Below are positions 1 to 16,931 of a stretch of DNA of 64,000 nt, piece by piece; the stretch's first letter is position 1, and the number at the start of each line of letters is the position of its first letter. The DNA is from the human T2T-CHM13v2.0 reference genome, Homo sapiens: assembly GCF_009914755.1 (NCBI RefSeq), contig NC_060933.1; one strand, written 5' to 3'. A model generated the notes under the pieces. The model saw only the letters and a list, made by a program, of their open reading frames with translations, made no database searches and was not told the origin of the DNA. Both the position numbers and the translations under genes were made by a program.

Positions 1-2195
1 AAGTAGGAAACCTGGACTTCCTGACAATGTAATGAGGCAGTAGCCCCTTTTTCTGAAGTAGTGTCAGAGAAAGTTAGCTGAAAAGAGATTTAAATAAGAT
101 AGAGAATCTCATAACATAATGTGAAAAAATATAGGTTTTCACAGAATATGACTTCACACAAAGAACCAAGAAGGTCTTAAACCAAATGGAAAAAAAAGAC
201 AATCAATATATGTCACACTAAGATAACCAAGAACATAGAATTATCTGACAAAGATTTTAAAGTAGCCATGACAGAAAAAAATGATTCAATAAGCAATTAC
301 AAACAGGCTTAAAACAAATTATAAAAATAAAAAGTCTCAGCAAAGAAACTGAAAATATAAAGAAGAACTAAATGAAAATTATAAAGCAGAAAAATACAAT
401 AACCAAAATAAAAATGTTCAATGGATAGGGTCATCAGCAGATGGAGGACACCAAGGAAAGTACCAGTAAACTGGAAGAGAGAACAATAGAAATCACTTAA
501 TCTGAACAACAAATATAAAATAGGTTGAAAAATATGAGTAAATCTCAGAGAGCAGTGGGGCTATAACAAAAGGTTTAGCATTTCTGTCATCAACTTCCCA
601 GAAAGAAAGGAGAAAAATGGCACAGCTAAAATGATACTCAAAGATGTGAAGGCTGAAAACTTCTTAAGTTTGTCAAGCCATAAACCTAGCCATAAACACC
701 CGGGTGGGCCTGTAGTCCCACCTAGTTGGGAGGATCACTTGGCTCCAGAAGTTTGAGGTTGCAATGTACTAGGATTGATTTCCCCTGTGAATAACCACCA
801 CACTCCAACCCAGACAATATAGCAAGACTCTATCTCTTAATTTTTTCAGTAATCAAAAAAGGCATAAGTCTACAGATTCAATAAGCTAAGCAAATTCCAA
901 ATAGGATAAACTGAAAGATGAAAACACACACCAAGACACATTATAACTTCTGAAAGTAGGAGCCAAACACAAAATCTTGACAGTGGCAAGAAAAAAAAAA
1001 TGACATCTCATTAACAAGAGAAAAGCACTTAAAATGACTGCATATTTTTTATCATGATGGCCAAAAAGGAATTGCACAATATTTTTCAAATGTTGAAAAT
1101 AAAGGGCTGGCAAACCAGAATCCTACACCCAGCCAAAATATGCTTTAGAAATGAAGAGGAAATAAAGACATTCTAAGATCAAGGAAAACTGAGAAGATTC
1201 GTTGTTAGCCAATATGCCCTAAATGAATTTAATAAAGTTCCCAAAACAGAAATAAAAGAATAATTTTAAGAATCCTTAGAATACACAAAAATATGGGGAA
1301 ATGTAACAGGCATTCCTTTCCTTTTTCTAAATTGAATTTGATAGATGAAGCAAAGGCATATTGTTGTCTGATTTCTACCTGTTTGTATATGAAATTATAT
1401 TTTAAGTAGAGGAAGGTAAAAAGACAGTAAGGGAGCTAAGATTTCTGTACTTCATTCAAATTGGTAAAATGATGGCACCAGTAGACCATATATATGCATA
1501 TATGATGTAATACCTAGAGCAAACATTAAAAAGTTTGTAACACAGCAAACATTAAAAAGTTATTCAAAGACATAAACTTAAGAAACTAATGATAAATCAA
1601 GATGGAATTCAAGAAAAATGTTTAAGTAAGTAATTTATGGGAAGACAGAAAAAAGTAAACAGACAACAATGAAAGAAAACAAACAGGAAAAATATAGAAT
1701 AGCAGACTTAAGTCCTAATATATTAAAATATATTAAATATAAAATGTCTAAATATACCAACTGAATAGACAGGGATTGGCAGATTGGATTAAAAATATGG
1801 CTGAACTAAAGATTTTCTATAAGAAATACACCTTAATATAACAATACAGTCAGATTAAAGGTGAAAATATCATAGTACATGTATCATGAAATTATTAATC
1901 AAAGGAAACCAGGAGGAATATATTAATATCAAATAAATTAGACTTCAAAGCAAATAAAATTACCACGAAAGGTATTATATATTGATAAAAGTGTCAGTCC
2001 TCCAAGAAAACATAGCAACTCAAGGTATGCATCACCAAACAAGAACTTCAAAATATGTAGATAATATGGAATATGTGAATCAACCATAATGGAATCAAAC
2101 TAGAAATCAATAACAAAAGATAACAAACAATTTCCCCCACAGTTGTAAACTATACAACACACTTTTAAATAACTCATGAAATAAAGAGGTAGTTT
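1..2195 (+). mobile_element. Old L1M-type LINE-1, degenerate ORF1, inter-ORF region and start of ORF2 (continues at 8487)
   Basis: A-rich sense-strand L1 sequence. ORF1-like at about 400-1250 (aaaccagaatcctacacccagccaaaata), ORF2 endonuclease-like at about 1700-2170. No intact ORF. Confidence 0.8.
700..838 (+). mobile_element. FAM/7SL-derived Alu monomer
   Basis: cctgtagtcccacct...gaggttgcaatg...cctgtgaataaccacacactccaacc...gcaagactctatctct. The gtgaatagccactgcactcc-type segment marks FAM/7SL-like monomers. Flanks aagccataaaccta and aaggcataagtcta resemble a decayed TSD. Confidence 0.7.
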
Positions 2196-3318
2196 TTTTT
2201 ATCTTTTATTTTAGGTTCCGGGGTACATGTGAAGGTTTTTTATATAGGTAAACTCATGTCATGGGGGTTTATACAGACTATTTTATTACCGAGATATTAA
2301 GCCTCTTACCCAACAGTTTTTTTTTCTCCTCTCCCTCCTCCCAACCTTCACCCTTAAGTAGACTTCAGTGTCTGTTTTCCCTTCTTTGTGTTCATGAGTT
2401 CTCATCATTTAGCTTCCACTTATAAGTGAGAACATGCAATATTTGGTTTTCTGTTCCTGTGTTAGTTTACTAAGGATAATAGCCTCCAGCTCCATCCATG
2501 TTCCCATGAAAGACATGATCCTGTTCTTTTTTATGGCTACCTAGTAATCCCCGATGTATATGTACCATTTTTTTTTTATTAAATCTGTCATTGATAAGCA
2601 TTTAGATTGATAGGCATTTAGGTCTTTGCTGTTGTGAATAGTGCTGCAATGAACATTCACATGCATGTGTCTTTATGGCAGAATGATTTATGTTCCTCTG
2701 AGTATATACCCAGTAATGAGATTGCTGGATCAAGTAGTAGTTCTGCTATTAGCTCTTTGAGGAATCACCTTTCTGAGTTCCACAATGATTGAACTAATTT
2801 ACACTCTCACAAAAGGTGTATAAGTGTTCCTTTTTCTCCACAACCTTGCCAACATCTGTTATTTTTTTTTTTTTTACCTTTTAATAATGGCCATTCTGAC
2901 TGATGTGAAATGGTATCTCATTGTGGGTTTGATTTGCATTTCTCTAATGATCGGTGATGTTGAGCTTTTTTCATATGTTTGTTGGCTGCATGTATATCTT
3001 CTTCGGAAAAGTGTCTGTTTATGTCCTTTGCCCACTTTTTCATGGGGTTGTTTGTTTTTCTCTTGTAAATTTGCCTAAGTTCCTTATAGATGCTAAATAT
3101 TAGACCGTTGTCAAATGTATCATTTGAAAATATTTTCTCCCATTTTCTGAGTGGTCTGTTTATTCTGTTGATCTGTTGATAGTTTTTCTTTTACTCTGCA
3201 GAAGCTCATTAGTTTAGTTAGATCCCATTTGCTCATTTTTGCTTTGTTGCGATTGCTTTTAGTGTCTGTGTCAAATCCTGCCCATTTCTATGTCCAGGAT
3301 AGTATTGCCTAAATTACT
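2196..3318 (-). mobile_element. L1PA15/16-like LINE-1, 3' part (split by a younger L1)
   Basis: T-tail and older L1PA 3'UTR. TSD aagaggtagttt at 2184-2195 and 8475-8486. Confidence 0.85.
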
Positions 3319-3554
3319 TTCCAGGGTTTTTTTTTTTTAATATACTTTAAGTTTTAGGGTACATGTGCACAATGTGCAGTTTAGTTACATATGTATACAT
3401 GTGCCATGTTGGTGTGCTGTACCCAGTAACTCATCATTTCACATGAGGTATATCTCCTAATGCTATCCCTCCCCACTCCGCCCACCCCACAATAGGCCCC
3501 GGTGTGTGATGTTCCCCTTCCTGTGTCCATGTGTTCTCATTGTTCAATTCCCAC

Positions 3555-7383
<3,829 letters not shown>

Positions 7384-7446
7384 TATGATGTTAGCTGGTT
7401 ATTTTGCTCGTTAGTTGATGCAGTTTCTTCCTAGCCTCGATAGTCT

Positions 7447-8097
7447 TTACAATTTGGCATGTTTTTGCAGTAGCTGGTACCGTTCGTTCCTTTGCATGTT
7501 TAGTGCTTCCTTCAGGAGCTCTTGTAGGGCAGGCCTGGTGGTGACAAAATCTCTCAGTGTTTGCTTGTCTGTAAAGTATTTTATTTCTCCTTCCCTTATG
7601 AAGCTTAGTTTGGCTGGATATGAAATTCTGGGTTGAAAATTCTTTTCTTTAAGAATGTTGAATATTGGCCCCCATTCTCTTCTGGCTTGTAGAGTTTCTG
7701 CCAAGAGATCAGCTGTTAGTCTGATGGGCTTCCCTTTGTGGGTAACCCGACCTTTCTCTCTGGCTGCCCTTAACATTTTTTCCTTCATTTCAGCTTTGGT
7801 GAATCTGACAATTATGTGTCTTGGAGTTGCTCTTCTCAAGGAGTATCTTTGTGGCGTTCTCTGAATTTCCTGAATTTGAATGTTGGCCTGCCTTGCTAGA
7901 TTGGGGAAGTTCTCCTGTATAATATCCTGCAGAGTGTTTTCCAACTTGGTTCCATTCGCCTTGTCATTTTCAGGTACACCAATCAGACGTAGATTTGGTC
8001 TTTTCACATAGTCCCATATTTCTTGGAGGCTTTGTTCGTTTCTTTCTATTCTTTTTTCTCTAAACTTCTCTTCTCGCTTCATTTCATTCATTTGATC
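7447..8097 (-). pseudogene. L1 ORF1 C-terminal two thirds (end of coiled coil, RRM, CTD), open frame
   Basis: [42 protein letters not shown]...YPAKLSF...LQELLKEAL. Confidence 0.93.
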
Positions 8098-8110
8098 TTC
8101 CAGGGTTTTT

Positions 8111-8474
8111 ATAGCTTTGTGTTTTACATTTAAATCTTCAATCCATTTTGAGTTCATTTTTGTATATGGTGTAAGGAATGGGTTCAATTTCAATCTTCTG
8201 TATATTGCTAGCCAGTTATCCCAGCACCGATTATTGAATAAGGATTATTTTGCCCATTGCTTGCTTTTGTCAGCTTTGTTAAAAATCAGATGGTCGTAGG
8301 TGTGCAGCCTTGTTTCTGGGCCCTCTAATCTGTTCCATCGATCTATGTGCCTGTTTTTGTGCCAGTACCACACTGTTTTGGCTACTGTACTGTGCAGTAT
8401 AGTTTGAAGTCAGGTAACGTGGTGCCTCCAGCTTTGTTTTTTGTGCTGGAATTGACTTGGCTATTCAGGCTCAT
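8111..8474 (-). mobile_element. 5' remainder of the L1PA15/16-like element
   Basis: L1 ORF2 sequence collinear with 3318 once the inner L1 is removed. Ends at the outer TSD. Confidence 0.85.
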
Positions 8475-8947
8475 AAGAGGTAGTTTCAATAAAACTGAAA
8501 AATACATTGAACTGGATGAAAATGAAAACACAACATACCAAAATGTGTGGGTCACAGCTAAAACAATAATTTAAGCTGCCACATCAGGATTCTATAAAAA
8601 AGAAGGATACTAAACCCAAAGCAAGCAGAGTAAATAATAAAGATGAGATCAGAAGTCAATTAAATTAGAAATCTAAAATCAATTGGGAAAAATAGTAAAG
8701 AAATTACAAGTTACCAATATCAGGAATAAAACCAAGGATATTATTAAGATCCAACATATATCAATTAATAAATAAATACTACAAACAGTGCTACACATAT
8801 AAATTTTACAAGTTAGAAAAATGGACAAATTCCAAGAAAAATAGAAATGGTACAACTTACCCAACATGAAATCAGTAATTATTTGAATATTCTTATAACC
8901 ATTTTAATAAACAAATTTATAACTTAAAAATTTCCTCCAGACGCTGA

Positions 8948-9283
<336 letters not shown>

Positions 9284-9579
9284 GTTAATTTTTCTTAATA
9301 ACACAAATTCTACACAATTTCTTAAAGAAAATAAAAGTAAACCTTCCAATGCATTCATGAACCAATATTTTCGTCATGCAAAAGTCACTTAAATCCAGTA
9401 TTAAAGGAAAAAACAAAATAGTAGATCAATATTTATTGTGAATATAGACACAAAAATCATTAGCAAAATACTAGCAAATAAAATTAAGCAATATATAAAA
9501 ATAATTTCGTATCATAACCAAGTGGAGTTTATTCCAGGGATGCCAGGCTGGTTTATATTTGAAAATCAATCAATATTAT

Positions 9580-10560
9580 TGTTGTATAATAAGTTTTCTG
9601 GTCTTTGTACTTAATTCCTTCCTATGCACTTGGAATTTTCTGAGTGATTTAAGTGTGTTTTTTATTCCTGAGTCCTTTGGATTGCCATAACCAACTGGAG
9701 TTTATTCCAGCGATGCAAGGCTGGTTTAATATTTGAAAAATCTATCAATATTATTATTGTATATTAATAATATTTGGTCTTTGTACTTAATTCCTTCTAA
9801 TGCACCTGGAATTTTCTGAGAGATACAAGTGTCTTTTATTTATTCCTGAGCCCTTTGGATTACTATGCTATCCCTCTCATTTTGCTAATGAAGTGACTCA
9901 TGGTGGGCCCCTAGGTAGCCTCAGGATGGGAACTGGTCACCAAGATGACCACCTGCATGATTAGAGTGCTGGGACTTTGAGCCAGTCTGACCTCTTTGAG
10001 GAAGAGGTGGAGGCTTGAGGTTAAGCCCAGTCACACTGCTAATGATTTAATCAATCATGCCTACATCATGAAACTCCAATAAAATCTCTGGCCTCTGAAG
10101 TTCAGAGGAGTTTCCCTGTTGGTAAATACATCAATGTGCTTTGGAGGATGATGTGATGTGATATTTCAGGGAGAGGGCACTGAAGATCTGCATTTAGCAC
10201 TCTTCCAAATCTAACCCTATATGTTTTTTTCACTTAGCTCTTCCTGAGTTAGATCCTTTATAATAAAATGTGAATTGTAACTATAGTGTTTTCCTGAGTT
10301 CTGTGAGTCATTCCACCAAATTATGAACCAGAAGGAGTCATGGTAACCCTGAGATTTGTAGCCAGCCCATCAGAAGTGTGGATGACCTGGGACCTACTGA
10401 ACTTTTTGCTGGCATTTAAAGTGAGGGCAGTCTTGTTGTGTATTTTGCCCTTCATTTTGTGAGGTCTACACTAACTCCAGGTGTGAGTGTCTTAACTGAA
10501 TTGTACTATATCTGTTGGTGTTAGAACAGATAGGGTTGAAACAGAGCAGCTGGTCTTAGA
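9580..10560 (+). mobile_element. MER21-type solo LTR with duplicated 5' end
   Basis: gctaatgaagtgactcatggtgggcccctaggtagcctcaggatgggaactggtcacc and ttttcctgagttctgtgagtcatt match the MER21 consensus as I recall it. It interrupts the L1. Confidence 0.75.
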
Positions 10561-11619
10561 GTAGTGATCCACTATTCATCAAGGTAAAGAAAGAAATACA
10601 TAATTATATCTATTGCATAAAAAAAACTTCACAAAATTTAACACCCATTCATGGTACAATCTCCCAGAAAGTTGAAACAGAGAATAACTTTCTCAACTTG
10701 AAAAGGAGTATCTATTAAAAAATAACAACAGCTAACAGTTTACTAAATGATGAAAAACTGAATACCATTGCTCTAACTCCTCTGAACTTCACAGGGCGGA
10801 GATTTTATTGGAGTTTCATGATGTAGGCATGATTTATTAAATCATTAGCAGTGTGATTGGGCTTAACCCTAAGCTTCCACCTCTTCCTCAGAGGTCAGAC
10901 TGGCTCAAAGTCCCAGGCAAGGGTGTCCAGTATCACCACTCTTATTCAACGTAGTGCTGGAAGTTCTAGCCAGTATAGTAAAGTAAGAAAATGAACTAAA
11001 AGGCATACAAATCAGAAAAGAATAAATAAAAAAATTGTGTTTACAGAGGATAAACATAGAAAATGCCAAGGAGCCTAAAAATAAAACAAAACACTCCTAG
11101 AACTAGTAAGTGTGTTGAGCAAGGTCACTGCATACAAAGTAACCATGAAAATCAATTGTATTTCCTTATATTAACAATAAATACGTGGACACCAAAATTA
11201 ATAACACAATACCACTTACAATAACTTAAAGAACAAAATATGCATAAATCTAAAGAAAGATGTTTAGGATTTATTTGCTGAAAATTACCCAGCGCTGAAT
11301 AAAGAAATCAAAGGGCTAAATAAGTGGAGATGGTGCACATGAATTGGAAGACTCAACCTAATAAAGATTTCAATTCTTTCAAATTGATACACAGTTTTAA
11401 CTCAATTCTTATCAAAGTCACTGCAAGGTAGTTTTGTAGATATGGACAATTATTTTAAACTTCTGATAAAGAAGAAAAAAGTGAAAGTAATCAGTCAACC
11501 TGATCTTAAGGCTTATTATAATAAGCAACATTAATTAAGATGGTGCAGGGATGGACACATAGATCAATAGAATAGAATAGAGAACCTAAAAATAGATCTA
11601 CACAAATGTGCCACTGACT

Positions 11620-11691
11620 TGTGGCAATGTTGTTGTTTTAAGACACTAAGTCTATGGTAATTTATTATAGCAGAAATAGAAAAGTAATACA
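11620..11691 (+). mobile_element. MLT1 (MaLR) LTR 3' end fragment
   Basis: ttgttttaagacactaagtctatggtaatttattatagcagaaatagaaaagtaataca. Confidence 0.7.
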
Positions 11692-11876
11692 GTTGTCCTC
11701 ACCAGTTTTTAGGAATGTAAACACATCATGATACAAAAATTTGAGAACTGCTCTCCAGGGATCTTGGGCAAATATTTGTTTGCCCACTAACACTAATCTT
11801 TGTTTTTATATTTCTAAAATGCCATACCAGTCTTCCCAAATTAATGACTGTTTTGAGTATCAAACAAAATCATTCA

Positions 11877-12482
<606 letters not shown>

Positions 12483-12518
12483 TTATAAAACACTGTACTT
12501 CTTAAAACAACAGTGCAC

Positions 12519-12801
<283 letters not shown>

Positions 12802-13544
12802 TCATTTTAAATACAATGGCTATAGAAGTTACATTTCTAATTTTATTTCATTTCTGTATATCTTGGCAAATTGCTCATGTAAGGAAGGCCTGGCATTTTC
12901 AAAAATTATCTCGGCACTAAGAGCACATTTTTCTGAGCCTGTTCTTCTATTCATATGTCTTAGGAAGGATGAGCATAAAAATATCTTTTTTCTCGGCACC
13001 AGTGGGTAGATCCGTCTGCAGTGGTACAGTGCCTATTGAGATCATGTCCTTGCTTAAGGAATCCAGATCCCACAATCCTAAAAACAAACAAAAATTGAGT
13101 TAACATTTTCAGCCTTCCGCTATATGTTTCACTGCAAACCCAAGGTTCATGAGGGGTTTCTATTTCTTTATTCACTTGTCCAACCATCAATATATATTGA
13201 GTAGGTATTATGAGTGAGATCTGTCTAGTCCCTGAGGATACGTTTCCTGCTTCCTTGGAGATGATAGTCTAATATTCATTATAGTCTAGTGTTTCTTTAT
13301 GCACCAGAAATGTAGTTAAATATTTAATATAGCAACTCATTCTACCTAGGTCCTAAGATGGTACATGGTTCGTTGTTCAACAATGAAAAGGTAAGGGAAT
13401 GAACTTTTACCATTCAGTCTTTTGTTCTGAGGTTCTGCTTCATAACTTGTTCTAATCCAGCCCTCTCCTCTCCCTGGGTTACCCTCTATTATATCAACCT
13501 TTTTTTTCCTTTGATATCCTTTACTATAGCCTGAAATTATTTTG

Positions 13545-13700
13545 TCCATTTATTCCTCTCCTTCTTTATTGCCTGTCACTCCTAATTGACTATAAATTCC
13601 AGGAAAGTCAGATGACTTTTATCTCTGTAGCTTAGTGCCCAGAAATATGTCTATTCTTTAGTCAGTGCTTAGTATGTGTGTGAATGAATGGGTGAAGTAA
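13545..13700 (+). mobile_element. L2 3' end relic
   Basis: gactataaattccagg...agtgcccagaa...tgaatgaatg terminal pattern. Confidence 0.55.
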
Positions 13701-13734
13701 TCAATCAGCCAAATTATCTCTTTTCATTTCTGAA

Positions 13735-14072
13735 ACTTTGCGGTACAATATGGTAGCCATGCATGTTATTAATTACTCAAAAGGTGACTAATTAAAATTA
13801 ATGTATACTATAAGTATAAAATATATCTCAGATTTCAATGACCTAGTCCCAAAATAAAAAGAAACCAAAATTTTATAAATATTTGTTATTGATTCTATGT
13901 TGCAATGATAATATTTTGAATCTATTGAGTTAAAATATACTATTAAATGTTTTAAAGAGTTAATTTCACTTGTTTCTTCTTGCTTTCTTAAATGGCGCTA
14001 CAAGAATATTTAACATTTAATATATAATTCACCTTTGTGACTCACATTATGTTCCTATTGGACAGCATTAGT
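13735..14072 (+). mobile_element. MER33 (hAT-Charlie non-autonomous DNA transposon)
   Basis: caatatggtagcca...gataatattttgaatctattgagttaaa...taatttcacttgtttc...ctattggacagc. Confidence 0.75.
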
Positions 14073-14834
14073 CTATAATAATGGCCATGAAAAACAAAGT
14101 CCAAGAAATACACAGATGTAGATAGGTGAATTAATGCTAGGGCTCAGGCAGAAGCAAATAATACTTGGAATATATTCAGATTCTGCCTCCAGGAAGTTTG
14201 GGGAGTAAATATTCAAAATTAAAAGAAGTAAAGCCAGCATTTACCTCCAGACACCTCCAGAGAGGTGTCTAATAGAAACTAGATGCCACACCCACCACTG
14301 AAAATGAAGGAAGATGTGGTTTAGGGTTAAGGTGGCCACATCACACACCAGAACCCTTCAGAAACCACTTCCGTCCCCTTGATGTGTGACCAAATGCTAT
14401 CAGGACGGTGGGCAGTGATTAATGGTGACAGCTTTAAGAGCACAGCAGTGCATAGGGAAACAGACAAGGAGCTCCACAGCCGCTCAGGAGGGACTTTTAA
14501 AGGCCATTAAATCAACTCTGTGATATTTTGTATTTCACTCCGACAGTCCTGACTTCAGATGGGCCAGTTCAGAGAGTCATCTACATAGGCGTGCATGAAC
14601 CTTGCTAGAATTACAATGGAAGAGCAAGATAACAGGCCAACTCTGCTTTGCTTTCCTTGTGGGTCCTGACAAGTGCACAGGTGGTATTGGCTGATCTTCC
14701 ATGCGTTTCCCTATGGGGAGGAGATGCTTTTTTTCTGAGGCTCCTGATCTCTATTTTTATTTTTTCTGTGGACATCTTGCTTCAAATACTTAAATGTAAA
14801 GGAAGCTAAGGATGCTAGAGTTGGTATAGCTTGG

Positions 14835-14990
14835 AGATTATTCTCAACAACCGCTTAAACACTCAGGAGCATAAAATTTCCCATTGGGGAAACTACTGAC
14901 GAGAATATTCCCTTCCTATTCTAAGTCTGGGTGAGGCTCAGGAATCTGTCTTTAAACCTGAGTAATTCTGATGCTGATGATCTATATGGT
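14835..14990. mobile_element. MER5-type hAT relic
   Basis: ttctcaa...ctgggtgaggctcaggaatctgtctttaaac...aattctgatgc. Confidence 0.55.
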
Positions 14991-15940
14991 TGACACTGAC
15001 CCTAGATATTTGCCTCAGAGCACAGATGAGGAAATAGAGGTCCTTTTAAGGAAAATAACTTGTCCAGGTTTCCGCTGAACCCTGACTTCTAGGGTTGTTG
15101 CCATGTTTTTAATGGTTTCCTGATCTAATCCATGACAAAACTTTCAGAAAATTGTCAAGCAAAAACATTTGGCGTGCGGTGGTGTGGCACCATATGATCC
15201 TCAATGCGTTCCTTGACTTGCCTGTCAATCCCTCTCCTACCCTAAGCTTAGTCATTTTGCCAAAACAGAAGTTCTTTGCATAACCTTGAATTCCTCAAAG
15301 CATATGAAATGGGACATGAAGTGGCACCGCCGGGAGACTGAATTCAAGGGTAAAGTCAGATGTTAAAACTACTAGGTTGAAAAGCTAAACAAGAATTTTG
15401 TTTCTTTATATTTACTCTGTGTTTATTTACATCAGGTATCATCAGGGCCATTCTTATATTAATGTCATGTATTTTACTTAACCATAGAAATCTCACAGAA
15501 CTCTAGTTGGGGAAACAGTAGGAATGCTGGTATATTATATTGTATAATACTTTCATATCAGTTGGTTCCAATAATTACAACCTAGTGAAAAAATTGCTGT
15601 TATTATGACCCTCTCCCCCATTTAATGGATGAGAAAACTGAGGACCAGAAGGCAAGCAAATTACCCAGAAGCACAGCATTAGAAACAATAAAGCTTTCTC
15701 AAGCCCAGCTCCTCAGCCATAGAAACTGGGCCTCTTTTCCACTATTCTGTGAGTTAGGTGAATGGGAAATTAACTAAAGAGCCTTGTTCAGGAAAGGGAC
15801 ACTTTCCGTTTTGTGCCTTTCCTCAAATTTCTTTGCACTTTCTTTTTCTAGATTCTACTTGAAGCTTGCAAAGAAAAGCAGGCAGTTTTAACACCTCAGA
15901 TGGAGAATCTGTTAATAAATTGGTTTCCCACCTCCTGCTC

Positions 15941-16248
<308 letters not shown>

Positions 16249-16883
16249 TGATCTTAAACTTTAATCACTGACTGTAGATCCTGTGTTCTCCCTATTGCTG
16301 ATTAATATTCAACTTAAACAAACAAGAATGTGGCGTATGCATGGGTGACTTTAATGCTCACATGCTGGTGACCACTGAGGCCAGGGTAAAATCAGGAATG
16401 AAGAAGGGGCTCTTCTCAATGACCAGTGTTGAGCCCCAGGTCTCTCCATGCCTATGAGGCTGGCAGGCTCGTTTGCTTCCAGATCCTGTCCTACTAGAGC
16501 CAGTTATGACAGGTAAAATCAGTAGAAGCTTATCATTAGTAGCTCCCAGAATCAAGCACAAGCTACTGCAAGTAGGTTGACAAGCATCAGCTACTTTGTA
16601 ATAATATGTGATGATCAAAGATCTCCTCCCTTAGTCTCTAATCATGGTGGCCTCCACACTTCCGGAAGTCATGCCACACAGTAGAGTTCCTAGTCTGCTA
16701 TTTTTTCTGTTTGTCTTAGATCGATTGTTCTAACTGTGCCATAACTTGGTAGTCTCTCTGGGAAATGATTCTGCACTTTCTTTTCATAGCTTTCTATTTT
16801 TTTTATCCTTGTATTTGCTCCAAAATGACTATGTTTCTCAAGCACATTTTAATAAATAGGACAAATGAATGGCATCCTTGAAT

Positions 16884-16931
16884 ATGTGTGTGTGTGTGCA
16901 TATGCATGTATATGTGTGTGTGTGTGTGTGT
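16884..16931 (+). repeat. Interrupted (TG)n microsatellite
   Basis: Directly visible. Confidence 0.85.

Noticed and set aside
700-838. 7SL RNA gene
   Set aside because: Only the diverged Alu-domain portion is present, with no S domain.
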